A program made the position numbers and the translations under genes. This document shows positions 36,405-50,189 of a stretch of 64,000 bases of DNA, in pieces. The stretch is from Rhizophagus irregularis (taxonomy: Eukaryota). The notes beneath the pieces are model-generated. The model was given only the letters and a program-made list of their open reading frames with translations, had not been told where the DNA came from and searched no databases. The DNA lies in the NCBI RefSeq assembly GCF_026210795.1, contig NC_089429.1, positions 3,782,001 to 3,846,000 on the forward strand, in the 5' to 3' direction. Positions within the stretch are counted from its first letter, which is position 1; each line of letters starts with the position of its first letter.

Positions 36405-38624
36405 CTATTTTCTTTCACTTTTTAAAAGAGAACGTTTTTTAGTAGTTGATCTCCTAATAATTTCTTTTGGAACCACTAGTCGAAATGGATCATCCTTTTC
36501 ATCGCTGTCATCGATAAAAATATAATCATTTATCGGTTTTCTTATCGTCATCATTCTTATCGTCATCATTCTTATCGTTATTATCATCGTTAACGTTATT
36601 GTCGTTTTTATCGTTACTAGCATTGTTTTTATCTTAGTCGTTATTGTCATCATTGTTATAGTCGTCACTATTATCCTCTTCATCACCATCTTCGTTGGAT
36701 TCTTGTGCAACCCAGCTTGACGAAATCTACCAACTGGGAATGTTCTCCTTTGGTTTGCTTTTTTTGTCAAAATTTTCATCTGAGCGGTAACGTGGACGAC
36801 TTAAACCAGATCTGATGCTAATACCAATTTCTTCCGATCGATGTAGAATTTTTTGAATCTAATAAAAATTTATAATTTATTAAGCATAAATGTTATATTC
36901 ATTAATAACATCACGACTTCGCATACTCCTGACGACCACCACTTCTTGTCGTAAATCTTTATTACTGAATTATTGTTAATTAATCGACCTGATCTTGTAT
37001 TTTTACTGCGTTCTTTGTTTGCTAATTCCTCGTCTTCTGTGGACTATTCGTCCGAGTGTATATCTGAAGTATTAGTCGCCTTTATACAATCTTTGATAAA
37101 TTCTTCCCATTTTAAGTTACGAGGTTGGCATTCAGTCAAAAGTTTGTCTCGTGTCGATATCATGTGCTGCAATCCTCTTCTGCGCCGGGACATCTTCTAT
37201 TGAAGAGTAAATTAAAAAATTAATTAATTGTATATGTTTTTATTATTAAATAATGAATTTTATACCTGATCCCTTCTGGATATCATGTGTTGTCTTTTGG
37301 TATATTCCGGCATTTTACCCTCTTTTTGCAGTTTCCAAATCTCTCAGCGAGATTTATGCAATTGTTTTATGATTCTTACTATCTCTATATCATATGCTAC
37401 AATAGAAGGATTCATGGCCGATTTTACTGCTGGCAAAAGTTTTCTTTCTATTGTTTTTTTTTGTTCACTGTACGTCTTTGATAGGTCGAATTGAAGCGAC
37501 TGATTAAGATTATTGAGAATATGGACTACTTCATCCTATTTAATAAAACAGTCATTAAATGATCAAATATTTAATTTAATAAAGATAAATTTTAATAAAA
37601 ATGTATATTTACGTGAAGTGTCTTCTTATAATTACTTGACATGAGTGGCAGCTCACGTTTCTGTTCTCTAATAAGAATAGGCGATAAGCTTCTATTGGGA
37701 CGATTAACTAAAGGTTCTTCATGACTAGCATTTTTTTCGGTTAGGTTATTTAAGCATTGTGTGAGATTTAAGATTACATTTCTTAATTCTTGAATTTCTT
37801 GGTTTTTAACGCCACCTATTATAAGTCAGTATTTAATATAATTCATTTTGAAAATTTTTTTTTTACATGTAAGTCAGAATAGGAGCGTGAGGGAAATAAT
37901 ACCGCTATTTAGAGCCAGAGTAATTGAAGAGGAAGGTTGATTTTGCAATATCAAAGATTGATTTGTAAGTGTTCCTATAATAATTATGTTAAATCGGTAT
38001 ATGTTTTGAAATGTAATTAAGACTAATTTAAATAATATTACTTTTTGTTAATGACCTCCCTCTATTTTGTGGTGATGAATCTTTGGATGAGAGAGTGGTA
38101 AATTGATCATTAGAATCAGATACTTCATAATAGGATCGATGATGGTTAGAACTGTGGAATCTAGATTGTGATTTATGTGATCGATGATGTCGACGTGAAC
38201 GGATAGGGGAACTAGAATGGGATGGAGAGATATGTTGTTGTCGTAATCGGTGACTACGAGATTGGGAATGACTACGACTACGACTACGAGATTGGGAACG
38301 ACTACGACTACGAGATTGGGAATAACTACGACTACGAGATTGGGAATGACTACGACTACGAGGTTGGGAACGATAATGGGAACGACGTGAATGAGAACGA
38401 CGATGTGAACGACGTGAGTGAGAACGACGTGAGTGGGATCGTTGATGAGAACGACGTGAGTGAGAACGACGATGGGAACGACGTGAATGGGATCGTTGAT
38501 GAGAATGACGTGAGTGAGAACGATGATGGGAACAACGTGAATGGGATCGTTGATGAGAACGATGTGAGTGAGAACGGGAATCTGATTCTTTTTGTTGAGA
38601 TCTAGTATTGAGGTTCCTATGCAT
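36405..38624 (-). pseudogene. Element B accessory gene 1 (Arg/Ser/His-repeat N-terminus, conserved helical core, acidic tail)
   Basis: Exon 1 is (RSH)n...RGRSLTK|. Core: DEVVHILNNL..FDLSKTYSEQKKTIERKLLPAVKSAMNPSI..IIKQLHKSR..RQHMISRRDQ|KMSRRRRGLQHM..HSDE*STEDE. Several stops are present. Confidence 0.8.
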
Positions 38625-38939
38625 CCCGAGAAATTTGTAAAAATTTAAATCTTTTCATTATGGTATTTATTATTAAAGATCGGACAAGAGATAAAAAGGC
38701 ACTTTATATACATATTTTGAATCATCCTATCATTTAACGTGTAATTGCCTAATCAAAATAAACATAAAATAAATTATTAACTTCGTTATCACATATCAAT
38801 AAATTTATACTACATCGCTATCCATCAATTAAATATATTAATAATCAATTAATATCATTAAACTTAATTAAATTAATTACTTACGGAAGTTTGTTTTTCC
38901 GGTAGGAAATCTGTGACGCGACGAAATAGCGATACATGA

Positions 38940-39120
38940 CGAAAAAGCAATAGGAAATATTTTTGAAACCGTGATGTGAACGCAAAAAGCGATAGAAAAT
39001 ATTTTTGAAACTGTGATGTGAACGAAAAGAGAGAGGAAATATTTTCGAACTGTGATGTGAACGAAAAGAGAGAGGAAATATTTCGAACTGTGATGTGAAC
39101 GAAAAAAAGCGATATAAATA
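38940..39120. repeat. ~41-43 bp tandem repeat, 4 copies
   Basis: gaactgtgatgtgaacgaaaa..ggaaatattt is repeated. Confidence 0.85.
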
Positions 39121-39888
39121 TCGTCGAAGAAAGCGTGGTAAACATACACAAATATATCATGATCGGTACCTCCGATTTTGTAGGATTTATGCATCTGGCG
39201 CGTGACACTTATGCGTCATCCAGTCACGTGTAGTAACAAACTGCGCCCAAGGCAGAAAATTAGTACTTATTGGGCAATAAAAGAATAACTTTTTATACTT
39301 TTATACGTGATTTTGATATTTTGATTAAAAATAACTCAATCAATTAATTTTTAATAAAAAATAATATAAAATCTTTCAACTAAATAACATACAAAATCGC
39401 CAAAATTTTTTTTTTTTCATTCTTTATGAAACTTGATTAAAAAAATAGCGCATAAATTTAACCACTAATAACATCGTTGATGTAATAAAGTTCTGAGTTC
39501 CATTCTGCCTGCGTACATGAATAACATCTACAGGGAGATGTTTCCCATGTCGATAGGGAGGATGATCCCCATACTAGACTGACTTTTTGTTTAAATTATA
39601 GTTCATATGTATTACTACTAAAATGATAGATGCAAGTTTATCACGATCATTCGACGCTGATGGACAAATCGTTCGTTGAGATACTTGTTACATGCAGTAT
39701 GATGATTAATTACTATTAGATTTATACAAAATTTATGACATTTTAAATCGATTTTAAAGGTATTAATATTATCTTATCTTATATTATGAAAAAGAAGCTG
39801 GTTTAATAGCCAAAAAAAAACATCATATTTACAAAATATAAAGGAATTTTCAAATTAAAAAATGAAAAAATGAAATATAATTGATTAA

Positions 39889-40294
39889 TCATGACTTGTG
39901 AAATTTGAAGTATTCTGATAAGCTGCTAAATGTAGGTGATTGCGATTGTTGTTGCGATTGTTGTTGCGATTGTTGTTGCGGCTGCGTTTGTTGATGTTGT
40001 TGCGAAAAATATAATCGTAAATTTAAATCATAAATTTCTTTTTCATAGTCTTTTATTTTTTCGTCGTATATTTTTAACCACTCCACCAAATTATTGTTTT
40101 CACGGGAACTTTTCTCCAACTTATTAAGTAATTTCTCTCCCGAATCGTACACAACTTTTTTAAAGTCCAGCAACTGGACTTGCAAATCGGCAACTTCCTT
40201 ATCCTACCCCTTTAATTCCTTTAGCATTCGCTCTCTTCTATTTTTTTTTGCGATTTCGCGAGGATTTGCGAGAATTCAACGATGGTTTGCCCAT
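39889..40294 (-). pseudogene. Small basic-region plus coiled-coil protein with a Gln-rich tail (cargo of element B)
   Basis: MGKPSLNSRKSSRNRKK, then a 1-nt slip in an A run, then NRRERMLKELKG*DKEVADLQVQLLDFKK...QQQSQQQSQ. Confidence 0.55.
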
Positions 40295-40693
40295 TTTTGC
40301 GAAAATAATCTTTCTGGCTAATCTCGGAATTTATAATTCGATGAATAAAGCATGTATTATTGCTAAAAATGGCTAATAACATTCATTATGCTATATTTTA
40401 GAGGGTGGGAGAGGCGCAAAAGTGCCTGTCAGGTGGTATTTTCCAATCATATATATATAAATTGGTTAAAATCCCGAAAGATTTTGAGTAAATATTTGTA
40501 ATATTATAATTAATACAAATTAAAAAAATGTGGCTGATTGTTTCACTTTAATAAGTATCTAGCGGCTTTTTGTGAATCAGAAATTAACTTTTAATATTAA
40601 TTCAGGATCTCAAAAAATTTCCTAGATAAAAAAATTTTTCAAAAAAATTTCCTATATAAAAAAAAATTTTCAAAAAATTTTCTAAATAAAAAA

Positions 40694-43600
40694 ATGTCTA
40701 ACCCTCGAGCTGTTGCCAAATCTAATAGAACAAGAATAAGAACTAAAGTATACTGCTTTTGTAAAAAATGTAATGGCAAGTTAGTGGATCCAAGAACGAA
40801 AACTAAACATGGGTTAAAATATAATATATCTTATGCGAATAATAATTTTAGTAACAATTATCAAGAAGCTGAGCCTTCTAATGCTAATCCATCTAATAAT
40901 TTTGGTGATGATTATCAAGAGGCTGGGCCTTCTGATGTTGGACAATATACTGACGATAATAATGCAATGGAATGCGAACCTTTACTCGAGATGATACCTA
41001 TATATGAATCGGCAAAACATAAATTCACAAAGAAAGGGAAAATATCTGATCATGTTCTTGAAAATTTATTACCGGATAACGGAAGAGATATGAATGATGA
41101 TCAAGATAGAGATTTTGAAGACTATGACGACGAAAATAGAGATTCTGAAAGTTTTGAAGATGATGACGAAGATGGTGTTTCTAGCGATTTTGAAGATGAT
41201 GACGAAGACAGTAATTTTGGAGATTTTGAAAGCGATGAAGAATATAGAGACTCTGAAGATTTTGAAGATGATGATGAGGAAGAAGTCAATTTTGCGTCAA
41301 AAGATTTTGACGATGGTGAACCAAAACTTCCTAATATCAACAATGATAATTATACCTGGATTATCTTATGGATATTACAATATCAACAAAGATATAAGCT
41401 TCCTAATGTTTCAATAGATTCTTTATTTAAATTTCTAAGGTTTTTTCTTTTAACGGTAGATGAAAATAAATTTTCATCTTTTCCTTCCTCCCTGTACATA
41501 GCCAAAAAAATATTGGGAATATCAACGAATATTATCAAATATGCCGTATGTAATAAATGTCACAAATTGTATGACATAAATGAAATATCAAACACAACCG
41601 AAGTACCAACATGTAGTTTTATAAACTACCCGAATCATAGCATAGAAAGATTTTGACAAAAATGTAATAACCCTCTAGTCAAAAAAATAGACAGTAATAA
41701 AGATGGTGGAAATAATCCAATTATCCGTCCGATAATGACATTTCCATTAGTTAACATTAGGCGCCAACTAACCCTATTTTTCGGTCGCAAAGATTTTGAG
41801 GTGACATGTCGAAAGTGGGCAGAAAGGGAAAACGAAACTGAAGCCTTATTTGACATTTATGATGGGAGGATTTGGATGAGTTTTGAAGATGGCAAAGGAG
41901 AACCATTCTTCAAAAAAGAATACGCCGAAACTCATATCGGATTAATGCTAAACATGGATTGGTTTCAACCCTATATAAATTCCCAATATTCTGTCGGTGT
42001 AATATATGCCGTTATTTGTAACTTACCCCGAAGCGAACGTTTCAAGCCCTACAATATTCTCACACTAGCAGTTATACCCGGTCTTAAAGAGCCAAAGAAA
42101 CATGAAATCAACAATTACTTATACCCCATCATAAATCAGCTGAATCGGTTATGGGAAGGGTATCATATAAAAACCTACGAATATAACAACGGTCATTTTA
42201 TCCGTGGCGCGATAATAGGTTGTGCTAGTGACGTTCCTGCGACTCGAAAATTATGTGGTTTTATATCAGCTCGAATCGCATGTTATCGATGCTATAAATC
42301 AGCAAACTTGGTAAATAATCAACCCAATTTTGGTGGGTTTGAAGACATTGACGACTGGTTTGTTGAGAGAGATATTAATTTAATAAGGGAGAAGGCACGT
42401 GAATGAAAGAAATGTGCAACCGAAGAATCGCGTAAGGCTCATGTCTCACAGTATCATGTTCGTTGGTCGGAAGTATACCAATTACCTTATTTTAATTCTG
42501 TGCGCTTTTGCGTAGTTGATCCCATGCACTGCCTCTTTCTCGGGGTAGCAAAGTGGATTGTAATGAAGCTCTGGATCGATGAAGGTATATTAAATAATGA
42601 AAAGCTCAAAATAATGCAAGAGCGAGCCGACTTGATAAAATTTCCAAGTGACCTCGGTCGCCGTCCCGTTAGAATAGCCACTGGCGACGGCTTTTCAAAT
42701 TTTACGGCGGACATGTGGAAGACGTTTGTTCTAATTTTTGCAATACCTATTACATGGAATCTCTTGGGAGAGATCGATCGAAAAATTCTTGCTTATTTCG
42801 TACGTTCCTGTAAAATTTTAACAAATCGGGAACTACAAAAAAGTGATCTAAACGAAGCATTTACAAAACTACTCGAAATGAATAAATTAATTGAAAAAAA
42901 ATACGGACAAAAAAAAATAAGCCCAAATCTTCATTTATGCCTTCACATATGTGAATGCGCTTTAGATTATGGACCTTTATCCTCATTTTGGTGTTTTAGC
43001 TTCGAACGAATGAACGGAATTCTAGGTATGATATATTAATTTCGCCGATTTGAAAATCGTATTGTTTTTTTTAATTTATACAGATTGACCAATTTATTTT
43101 TTAAGAACATAGGATCGTATAAAAATAGCAAACGTAACATTGAACCAGAGCTATTAAAAATAATGGTTGAAAGTTCCTTTTTAAACTATTACCTCACAAA
43201 TTGCGATAGCAATATATTAAACACCACTTTGGACATTATAAAGCCTAGAAAATCTGCAGGAAGCTTAACTGCACTTGACGATTTTACAAGTGATGAGTAT
43301 CAAAATTTTCTGAGGCTTTCACTTATCGAAAATGAATCGGCTTATGGAACAGAACGTTTTCCCGGGTTGCTAATAAAACCGCGCCAAGAAACATTTCTCC
43401 CAAACCGCGTCTTGGACTTACTGGTTGAGTTTTATAATAGTTTGTATGAAGAACATTTCGTCCCCATTTATTCTATAACGGGTCCAAATAACGATATTGT
43501 TGTAATTTCCAAAATTATACAATACGGTAGAATAAGAATTGGGGCGGATATATTTGGTTCCATTCAGGCAGCTCGTCATGAGAAATCATCATACATATTA

Positions 43601-43957
43601 GCTCGTTTTGAGCAGGAAGATGGAACTATAGACACATATCTCGGTCAAGTTCAATTTTATTTTGAACATACTATTTATTTAAAAAATTCATCATCATTAA
43701 CTCATTCGCTAGCACTAGTTAAATGGTACAGGCCGGCCCAAGATCATAGGACAAGATATTTTTGTCAAGTAGACGATGACATAAAATCATGTAATATAGA
43801 ATTATGGACAAATGGGTTTTATGATATGAGTCGAGATAGTATTATACCAGTACATCATATATTAGGAAAATTTATAAAATGTGATTTTAATATTGGAACG
43901 AGAAAGATAAAAGAATATATGGCCGTGATTCCTTTAAATAAAAAAATTTCGTTTTAA
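40694..43957 (+). pseudogene. Transposase of element B (Transposase_21/tnp2, CACTA-Mirage type), two nonsense mutations
   Basis: Motifs: CFCKKC; DIYDGRIW; NMDWFQP; VICNLPRSERFK; SDVPATRKLCG; CYRC; VDPMHCLFLG; PNLHLCLH; YGPLSSFWCFSFERMNG. Intron at 43026-43112. TGA at 41654 and 42404. Confidence 0.92.
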
Positions 43958-44120
43958 AAAACAAATGAATCTTATATAAAATTGTTTATATGTAAATCGG
44001 AATGACGAATTTGAATTATATAACATTTGTATTTGATTAAATTATAACTAATTTTTTTTATTAAAGGATATATCATATTTTTATTATATTATTATTATAT
44101 TATTGTTACATATATTATAT

Positions 44121-46182
44121 TTATAAAACTACTAAAGGGTTATTATCGTTGTTGTTGTTGTTGTTGTCATCGAATTCGTTGTTATTATTATTGCCACTAT
44201 TGTTATTATTGTCATCCTCATCATTATTGTCATCATTATTATTATTGTCATCATTATTATTATTGTCATCATTATTATCGCCACCTTCATTATGACTTTC
44301 ATTGCTGTCTTCGCTGTCTTCGCTGTCTTCGCTAACTGGCGCCCAGGTGGAAGAAATCCACCAGTCTGGCATTATTTCTGTCGGTCTACTTTTATTATCG
44401 ATGACATTATCTAAACGATGACGCATACGGATTAGACCAGTTCCAATACTCTCCCCGATTTCATCCGCCCTACTTAGAATTCTCCTAATCTAATTAAAAA
44501 AAATATTATTTATAAATGTTATATTGATAAAGAAATAACTTTACATACTCTCGTAGATTTCCATTTTTTTTCATGTATTTTGATTACAGAATTCGATTTA
44601 TCTAAACGTTCTGGTCTTTTCTCTAGATTTTTTTCATTGTTGGCAAGATTTTCATCTTCCGATGACCACTCATCGGAATGAAGTTCCGAGATCACTACAA
44701 TTTTTTCACAATCTTTCATGTACTCGTCCCAGGTAATTTCTTGAGGTTTGCAGTCATTTAAAACCTTGTCTTTTGTGTTAATCATGTGTTGTAAACCACG
44801 TTTACGTCGCGTCATTTTCTGTTAAAAAGTTAATTAATAGTTAATTAATAATGTTAATTGATTGCATAGACAATTAGAAATAATTGACAAATTTTGCATT
44901 TTATTAAATTTCGTACTTGGTCTCGCTGAGAAGTCATATGTTGACGTCTACTGTGCGTATCTAATTTGCCATCCTGGGTTATTTTCCAGATATCTCGGCG
45001 AGACTTATGAAGCTGTTTGATTACATTAACAATCTCGGTATCGTATACTTCAATTGATGGATTCATTGCCGCTTTTACCGCTGGTAAAAGTTTTTTGTTT
45101 ATTGATTTCTTCTGGTCACTAAACGTTTGTGAAACATCAAACGAAATTCTGGAACCTAAATTATTAATGATTTGAACAACTTCATCCTATTTAAAATAAT
45201 AATGAATATGATTAAAGATTATAAAAGATAAATATTTTATAATAGAGGTGTAACTTACACGAAGTGTTTTTTTAAAGCCTGGAGTCATTGGTGATAGTTT
45301 TTTTCCTTTATTTCTGCTTATTACGGGTGATAGACTTCGATTAACACTTGTTGTTATACTCGCGATCATCTTATCACTGGAATGGCTGGAGTTACTGCCT
45401 GTCAAAGCCTCCAGTTGACTAGACAATTGTGATACCGCGCTTTTTAGTTCTTGAATTTCTTGATTTAATAATTTTATAATAGGAAAAACAGTTATGCAAA
45501 GAAGCGCGAAGTTGATGAAGCGATGATATGAATGGGTCCTCACCTAAAGATTGCGAAGATTGCTCTTCTTGATGATATTGCTGTTGTCCACCTATCAGAA
45601 GTTAATAAAATATTATAAATTTATTATATTTTTAATTGATTTGATAATAATATATATATATAACCACCTTCCGATAAATCCGGCAAATTTCCTATTATTT
45701 TACAAGTAATTAGTACAGGTCATATTAAATATAATTTCAATAAAAATATAAATAATAATACTTTTTGTTAACGATCTTCCCCTAGTAGGGGAGAGAGGAT
45801 TGTTGAGAATGAGAATTGGAAGAACGAGAATGATAATGATGTCGACGTCGACGAGAGTGAGAGGAGGGAGAGGAGGAGAGAGAATGATAATGGTGTCGAG
45901 AACGAGAATAATGTCGACGTCGACGTCGACAAGAGTGAGAGGAGGGAGAGGAGGAGAGAGAATCATAATGGTGTCGAGAACGAGAATGATGTTGACGTCG
46001 ACGTCGACGAGAGTGAGAGGAGGGAGAGGGGGAGAGAGAACGAGAATGATGTCGACGTCGACGTTGATGGGAGTGAGAGGAAGGAGATTGATGATATTGC
46101 TGAGAGCGACCCTGAGAAGGAGAACGAGGATGTGATTCGCTACGTGAAATAGGAATAAGCGTCAATTTATTTTTTTTTTCAT
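44121..46182 (-). pseudogene. Element B accessory gene 2, paralogue of 36405-38624
   Basis: R/H/S/P-repeat exon 1 ends in RGRSLTK|. Core: DEVVQIINNL..FDVSQTFSDQKKSINKKLLPAVKAAMNPSI..KQLHKSRR..RQHMTSQRDQ|KMTRRKRGLQHM..HSDEWSSEDE..KWKSTR. D/N-rich tail. Exon 1 has frameshifts. Confidence 0.8.
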
Positions 46183-46829
46183 TTTAATAATGTAAAGAAA
46201 CAAGATTGAACCGAAAAGAAAGGTGAAAAGTCACCTATTTAACCATTACTTACATCATTAAAATAATATCATAATCGTTATCTCTTAATTAAAAATTAAT
46301 ATCATCGATATCACTTAATTAAATTAATATCATCGATATCACTAAATTAATTATCATGTGTATATCACTATTAAAATTAAACTAAAAATTGATACCATTG
46401 ATATCACTTAATTAATTATCATGTATATATCACTATTAAAAATCGTAAAATGAAATTTACTTAGCAAAACAATCAATCAACCATCGTTCTAAAATTCGAT
46501 AAAGGGATGGAGAAAGTTTTATATAAATAATTATTGATTTGTTTGTTCACGTGAAATATTAACAAATAATTATACTACGATTATTGCCGTTTTCGACAAT
46601 TGGAATGTCGAACAATATAAGGCGATTTTATAGTAACCAATCAATTGACAAAAGTATTTTTTTTAATCATGATTGTTGCAATTGGGCGTATGTATCAGTT
46701 TGGAAACGGCTAAACTATCACTCGTAAATACTAACCATTATGGGTCCAGAGTGAAAATTCATGTGATTTGCAAATTTTTAGACATTCCGGACCTATAGAC
46801 CTTAAGGGACAGGTCTATTTAAATAATTA

Positions 46830-47050
46830 CTTGCACTAGTTAAATGGTATAAACCAATTCATGATTCTCAAGATAAGATTTTATTGTCAAGTATATAATG
46901 ACATAAAATCATGTAATATAGAATTATGGATAGAGATAGTATAATACCAATATATAATGTATTATTACATGTAATTTAATGTTGAAGTGAGAAAGATAAA
47001 AAATTATATGGCAGTTATTCCTTTAAATAAAAAAATAACATTTTAATAAA
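46830..47050 (+). pseudogene. Degenerate duplicate of the 3' end of the element B transposase
   Basis: gcactagttaaatggta, gacataaaatcatgtaatatagaattatgga and attcctttaaataaaaaaat match 43712-43957. Confidence 0.85.
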
Positions 47051-47307
47051 ATGAATTTTCTATAAATTTGAATAACGTTATTAAAAATCAGCTCAAATCT
47101 CAAAATAATATATTACTAATTTAAAGTTGCTATTCTCCTTATTCTAAAAATAATTATTCTAAAATTCACGTGTATTTTCATCAGCTTGTTCGCGTTTTTC
47201 AGGACGCGTATTTTTATTATATAAAGTCTACCTTTCATCATTCCATGCCCTTTACTTTCGCTCAATAATTTTTGTCTTTTCATCAATTATATTTTATTAA
47301 CGCCATT

Positions 47308-48020
47308 ATGGGTTCTCGCCGTTCCACAACATCGCAGAAAAAATCTAAGGAGCGTTTTAAGACGCTCAAAGCGAAGCGTATGATGACCGTAAAATTTTTG
47401 AAAAGTGGGTATCGTACGCAAGGTTCATGGTTGTATTTCTCTAATGGAGTCGCCTGTAGACGGAGTTTTATACTCCCAGAGCTGTCCGGTTCTTAGATGG
47501 GTCACCTGAAGAGACGAGGTCTTGTACCTCCAGGGCAGTCTCGGTTCTTAAATGGAACAATCCTGAAGAATGCTTCCAAGGACTATCGACTTATTCACTT
47601 AGCTTTTGCTAACCACCCATTATTTTTATATATATGTATTTTTTTTTATTGCTCAGTGAATGTCGATTGTTATAACAGAGGCCTGGGAACATGCCTTGCG
47701 GAGTTAAAAGCAACGAAAAAAGCATTAGATGCTTCGCAAACCAAGATACAAGAGCTCCAAAATGCTCATCGAAGGACTACTAATGCACTACAAGAGCTCC
47801 AAAATGCTCACCAAAGGACTATTAATGCACTCTGGGACGCAGAAGATAGGTTAAGGAGCTGGAGAACCATGAAGTAGAATCAATTTCTACTCTTCACCGG
47901 CAAATACGCAAATTACGATGTAAGTATCTTCCTTATTACTTAAAAATATCTTTGTCCTATTATTTCATATTATTTCATTAACATATCTTTTGTTAATTTC
48001 AGCGGAAAATCAAGCTCTAA
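47308..48020 (+). pseudogene. Small spliced coiled-coil cargo gene of element B, structure uncertain
   Basis: MGSRRSTTSQKKSKERFK... followed by a heptad-like segment LAELKATKKALDASQTKIQELQNAHRRTTNALQELQNAH. A GTAAGT..CAG intron lies at ~47920-48002. Confidence 0.4.
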
Positions 48021-48374
48021 AAAATCCGAGAAACTTATTACGTTCGCGCTCCAACTTACTTGATAATAATAATAATAATAAAAAAAAATCAAAATAATTT
48101 TTTTTTAAATAATTATGTTCTCTTTTTCTTATATGGTATAAGTATATTTCTATTTGTTAAGTTAAGAAGCACTTAACTAATTTTCCACCTAAGGTCCTAA
48201 GTTTATTATCTTTAAGTATATCGTGAAGGTTTAATTCACTTATTTTCCAATGCTTCCTTTTTTTCTTCTCTATCCGAATTTTCATTGTTATGAAGTCGGT
48301 ACATTAGTGTATATATATATATATTAAAATTATTAAGTCTGCAGTATTACCGCGACAGTATTATACTTTAAATC

Positions 48375-49110
48375 GGCAAAGATATGCTGTAATCGGCATG
48401 GCTATATTTAAAGGAGCGAATTCCGATTTGTACATCAGACCTGCGATATGAAAAGCGAACAATACTATATAATAATAACAACATCCGAATTTAATATCGG
48501 TTTTATTTAACAAAGATCGGTCATTAAAAATTGGTATTTCCGACTGAATTATCGGATTTCATCGAAAGCTATACTGAAATTGGCATGGCTATATTTAAAG
48601 GAGCGAATTCCGATTTGTACATCAGACCTGCGATATGAAAAGCGAACAATACTATATAATAATAACAACATCCGAATTTAATATCGGTTTTATTTAACAA
48701 AGATCGGTCATTAAAAATTGGTATTTCCGACTGAATTATCAGATTTCATTGAAAGCTATACTAAAATTGGCATGGCTATATTTAAAGGAGCGAATTCCGA
48801 TTTGTACATCAGACCTGTGATATGAAAAGCGAACAATACTATATAATAATAACAACATCTGAATTTAATATCGGTTTTATTTAACAAAGATCGGTCATTA
48901 AAAATTGATATTTCCGACTGAATTATCGGATTTCATCGAAAGCTATACTGAAATTGGCATGGCTATATTTAAAGGAGCAAATTCCGATTTGTATATCAAA
49001 CCTCCGATGTGAAAAGCGGACAATACTATATAATAATAACAACATCCGAATTTAATATTAACAAAGATCGGCCATTAAAAATTGGTATTTCCGACTGATG
49101 TATCGGATTT
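48375..49110. repeat. 187-bp tandem repeat (~4 copies), right subterminal region of element B
   Basis: ttccgatttgta occurs at 48421, 48608, 48795 and 48982. Confidence 0.95.
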
Positions 49111-49235
49111 TATTAAAAATCGGCATAAATGGGCAAATCTATACATAAATACGCGAAAAATCGGCATGTATATACTAATATCGGCAAAACTATTTTAAAA
49201 GGGTCAAAATCTGATTTTTTTTCATTCGACCTGTG

Positions 49236-49954
49236 TCACGTACTGGTTCTTTCAGCTCTTTGGACCTTGAGTTTCCAGATCCACGTTGGACCAGTCAATA
49301 ATATTTTCTTTTGGATCAGTTACCTTCTGCTTTCCTTTCATAACAGTCTTAAGCAGGCGAGTCAACTTCTCAACCTGCATCTGTAAAGCTACAAAAGGAA
49401 ATCGGGTTAAAACTAAATCGATTTGTAATAGTTTTTCATATAACTACATACCGGATTCATTGGAATCATTATTTCTCTCATTCTGTTGAGTCGATTGGTC
49501 ATTATTTCTCTCATTCTGTTGAATCGTATCATCATTTCCTTTGTTGTCTTCGTTAACTAAATCAATAAAAATAGGCTTTTTGCCTTTCATTATTTCACAT
49601 CCTTTAGATTCATGATATATTGAATTCAATCGCGCATGATTAACGTAAATTTTCAAAATATACCACTATTTCCCTTGTCCTGAACAATGTCAATTAAAGC
49701 GGGCTTTTGTTTTTTCGTAGGTTCTGATTGTCGTCTTTTTGTACGTCTTAACTCAGGATTACTTTCATTAGATATCGATTGTGAAGAATAAGTAATATAT
49801 TGAGAAATTAAAGAATTTAATAAAAATCAACCAAATTAAATTACCCTTGTTTGGTACTACTCTGCTTATCAGATTTTCTATCTGAATCACTATTCGAATG
49901 GTGACGTTTTTTAGATTTTTTTGACTTTTTGTTTTTTTTATTTTTATTAGTCAT
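49236..49954 (-). pseudogene. Element A accessory gene, 5' part
   Basis: MTNKNKKNKKSKKSKKRHH..|..NDSNES|..MQVEKLTRLLK..DWSNVDLETQGPKS*KNQY continues in frame into VTRSLNKPK at 35241. Confidence 0.75.
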
Positions 49955-50189
49955 ATTTGAATGTATTTACAATTTCGGTAAATTTTTATGTATAGAATAA
50001 TATAGGATTTTTTTACAAAAATCAGTAACGAGCGAGAGAGAAAAAAAAAAGTCTGTCTAAAAATTAGACTTATATATATATATTTATTTAATAGTTTAAA
50101 ATAAACTTTTACGAACCATTGATATTTATGATTAAACTTAAATAAATCAATTTCATCAATTTTCACCGATTAATAAATAGTATAATATA

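Larger units (their letters stand above)
35242..49235 (+). mobile_element. CACTA/Mirage-like element B (14.0 kb) nested in the accessory gene of element A, 3-bp TSD TCA
   Basis: Left end CACACGTCAAATAAGTAAAAATCGG; reverse complement of the right end CACAGGTCGAATGAAAAAAATCAG. TCA lies at 35239-35241 and 49236-49238. Excision restores the host reading frame. TGCCGATT/AATCGGCA subterminal motifs are present. Confidence 0.92.

Noticed and set aside
38222..38605. Plus-strand D/N/E-rich ORF (also 45800-46135 and 45700-45966)
   Set aside because: These are antisense or alternate-frame shadows of the Arg/Ser/His repeat exons. The minus-strand frame has the conserved splice junction and downstream exons.
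32501..49235. Pairing the 32501 left end with the 49235 right end (11-bp perfect TIR match)
   Set aside because: The flanks disagree (AAA vs TCA). The 49235 end pairs with 35242 by TSD and by restoring the host frame.
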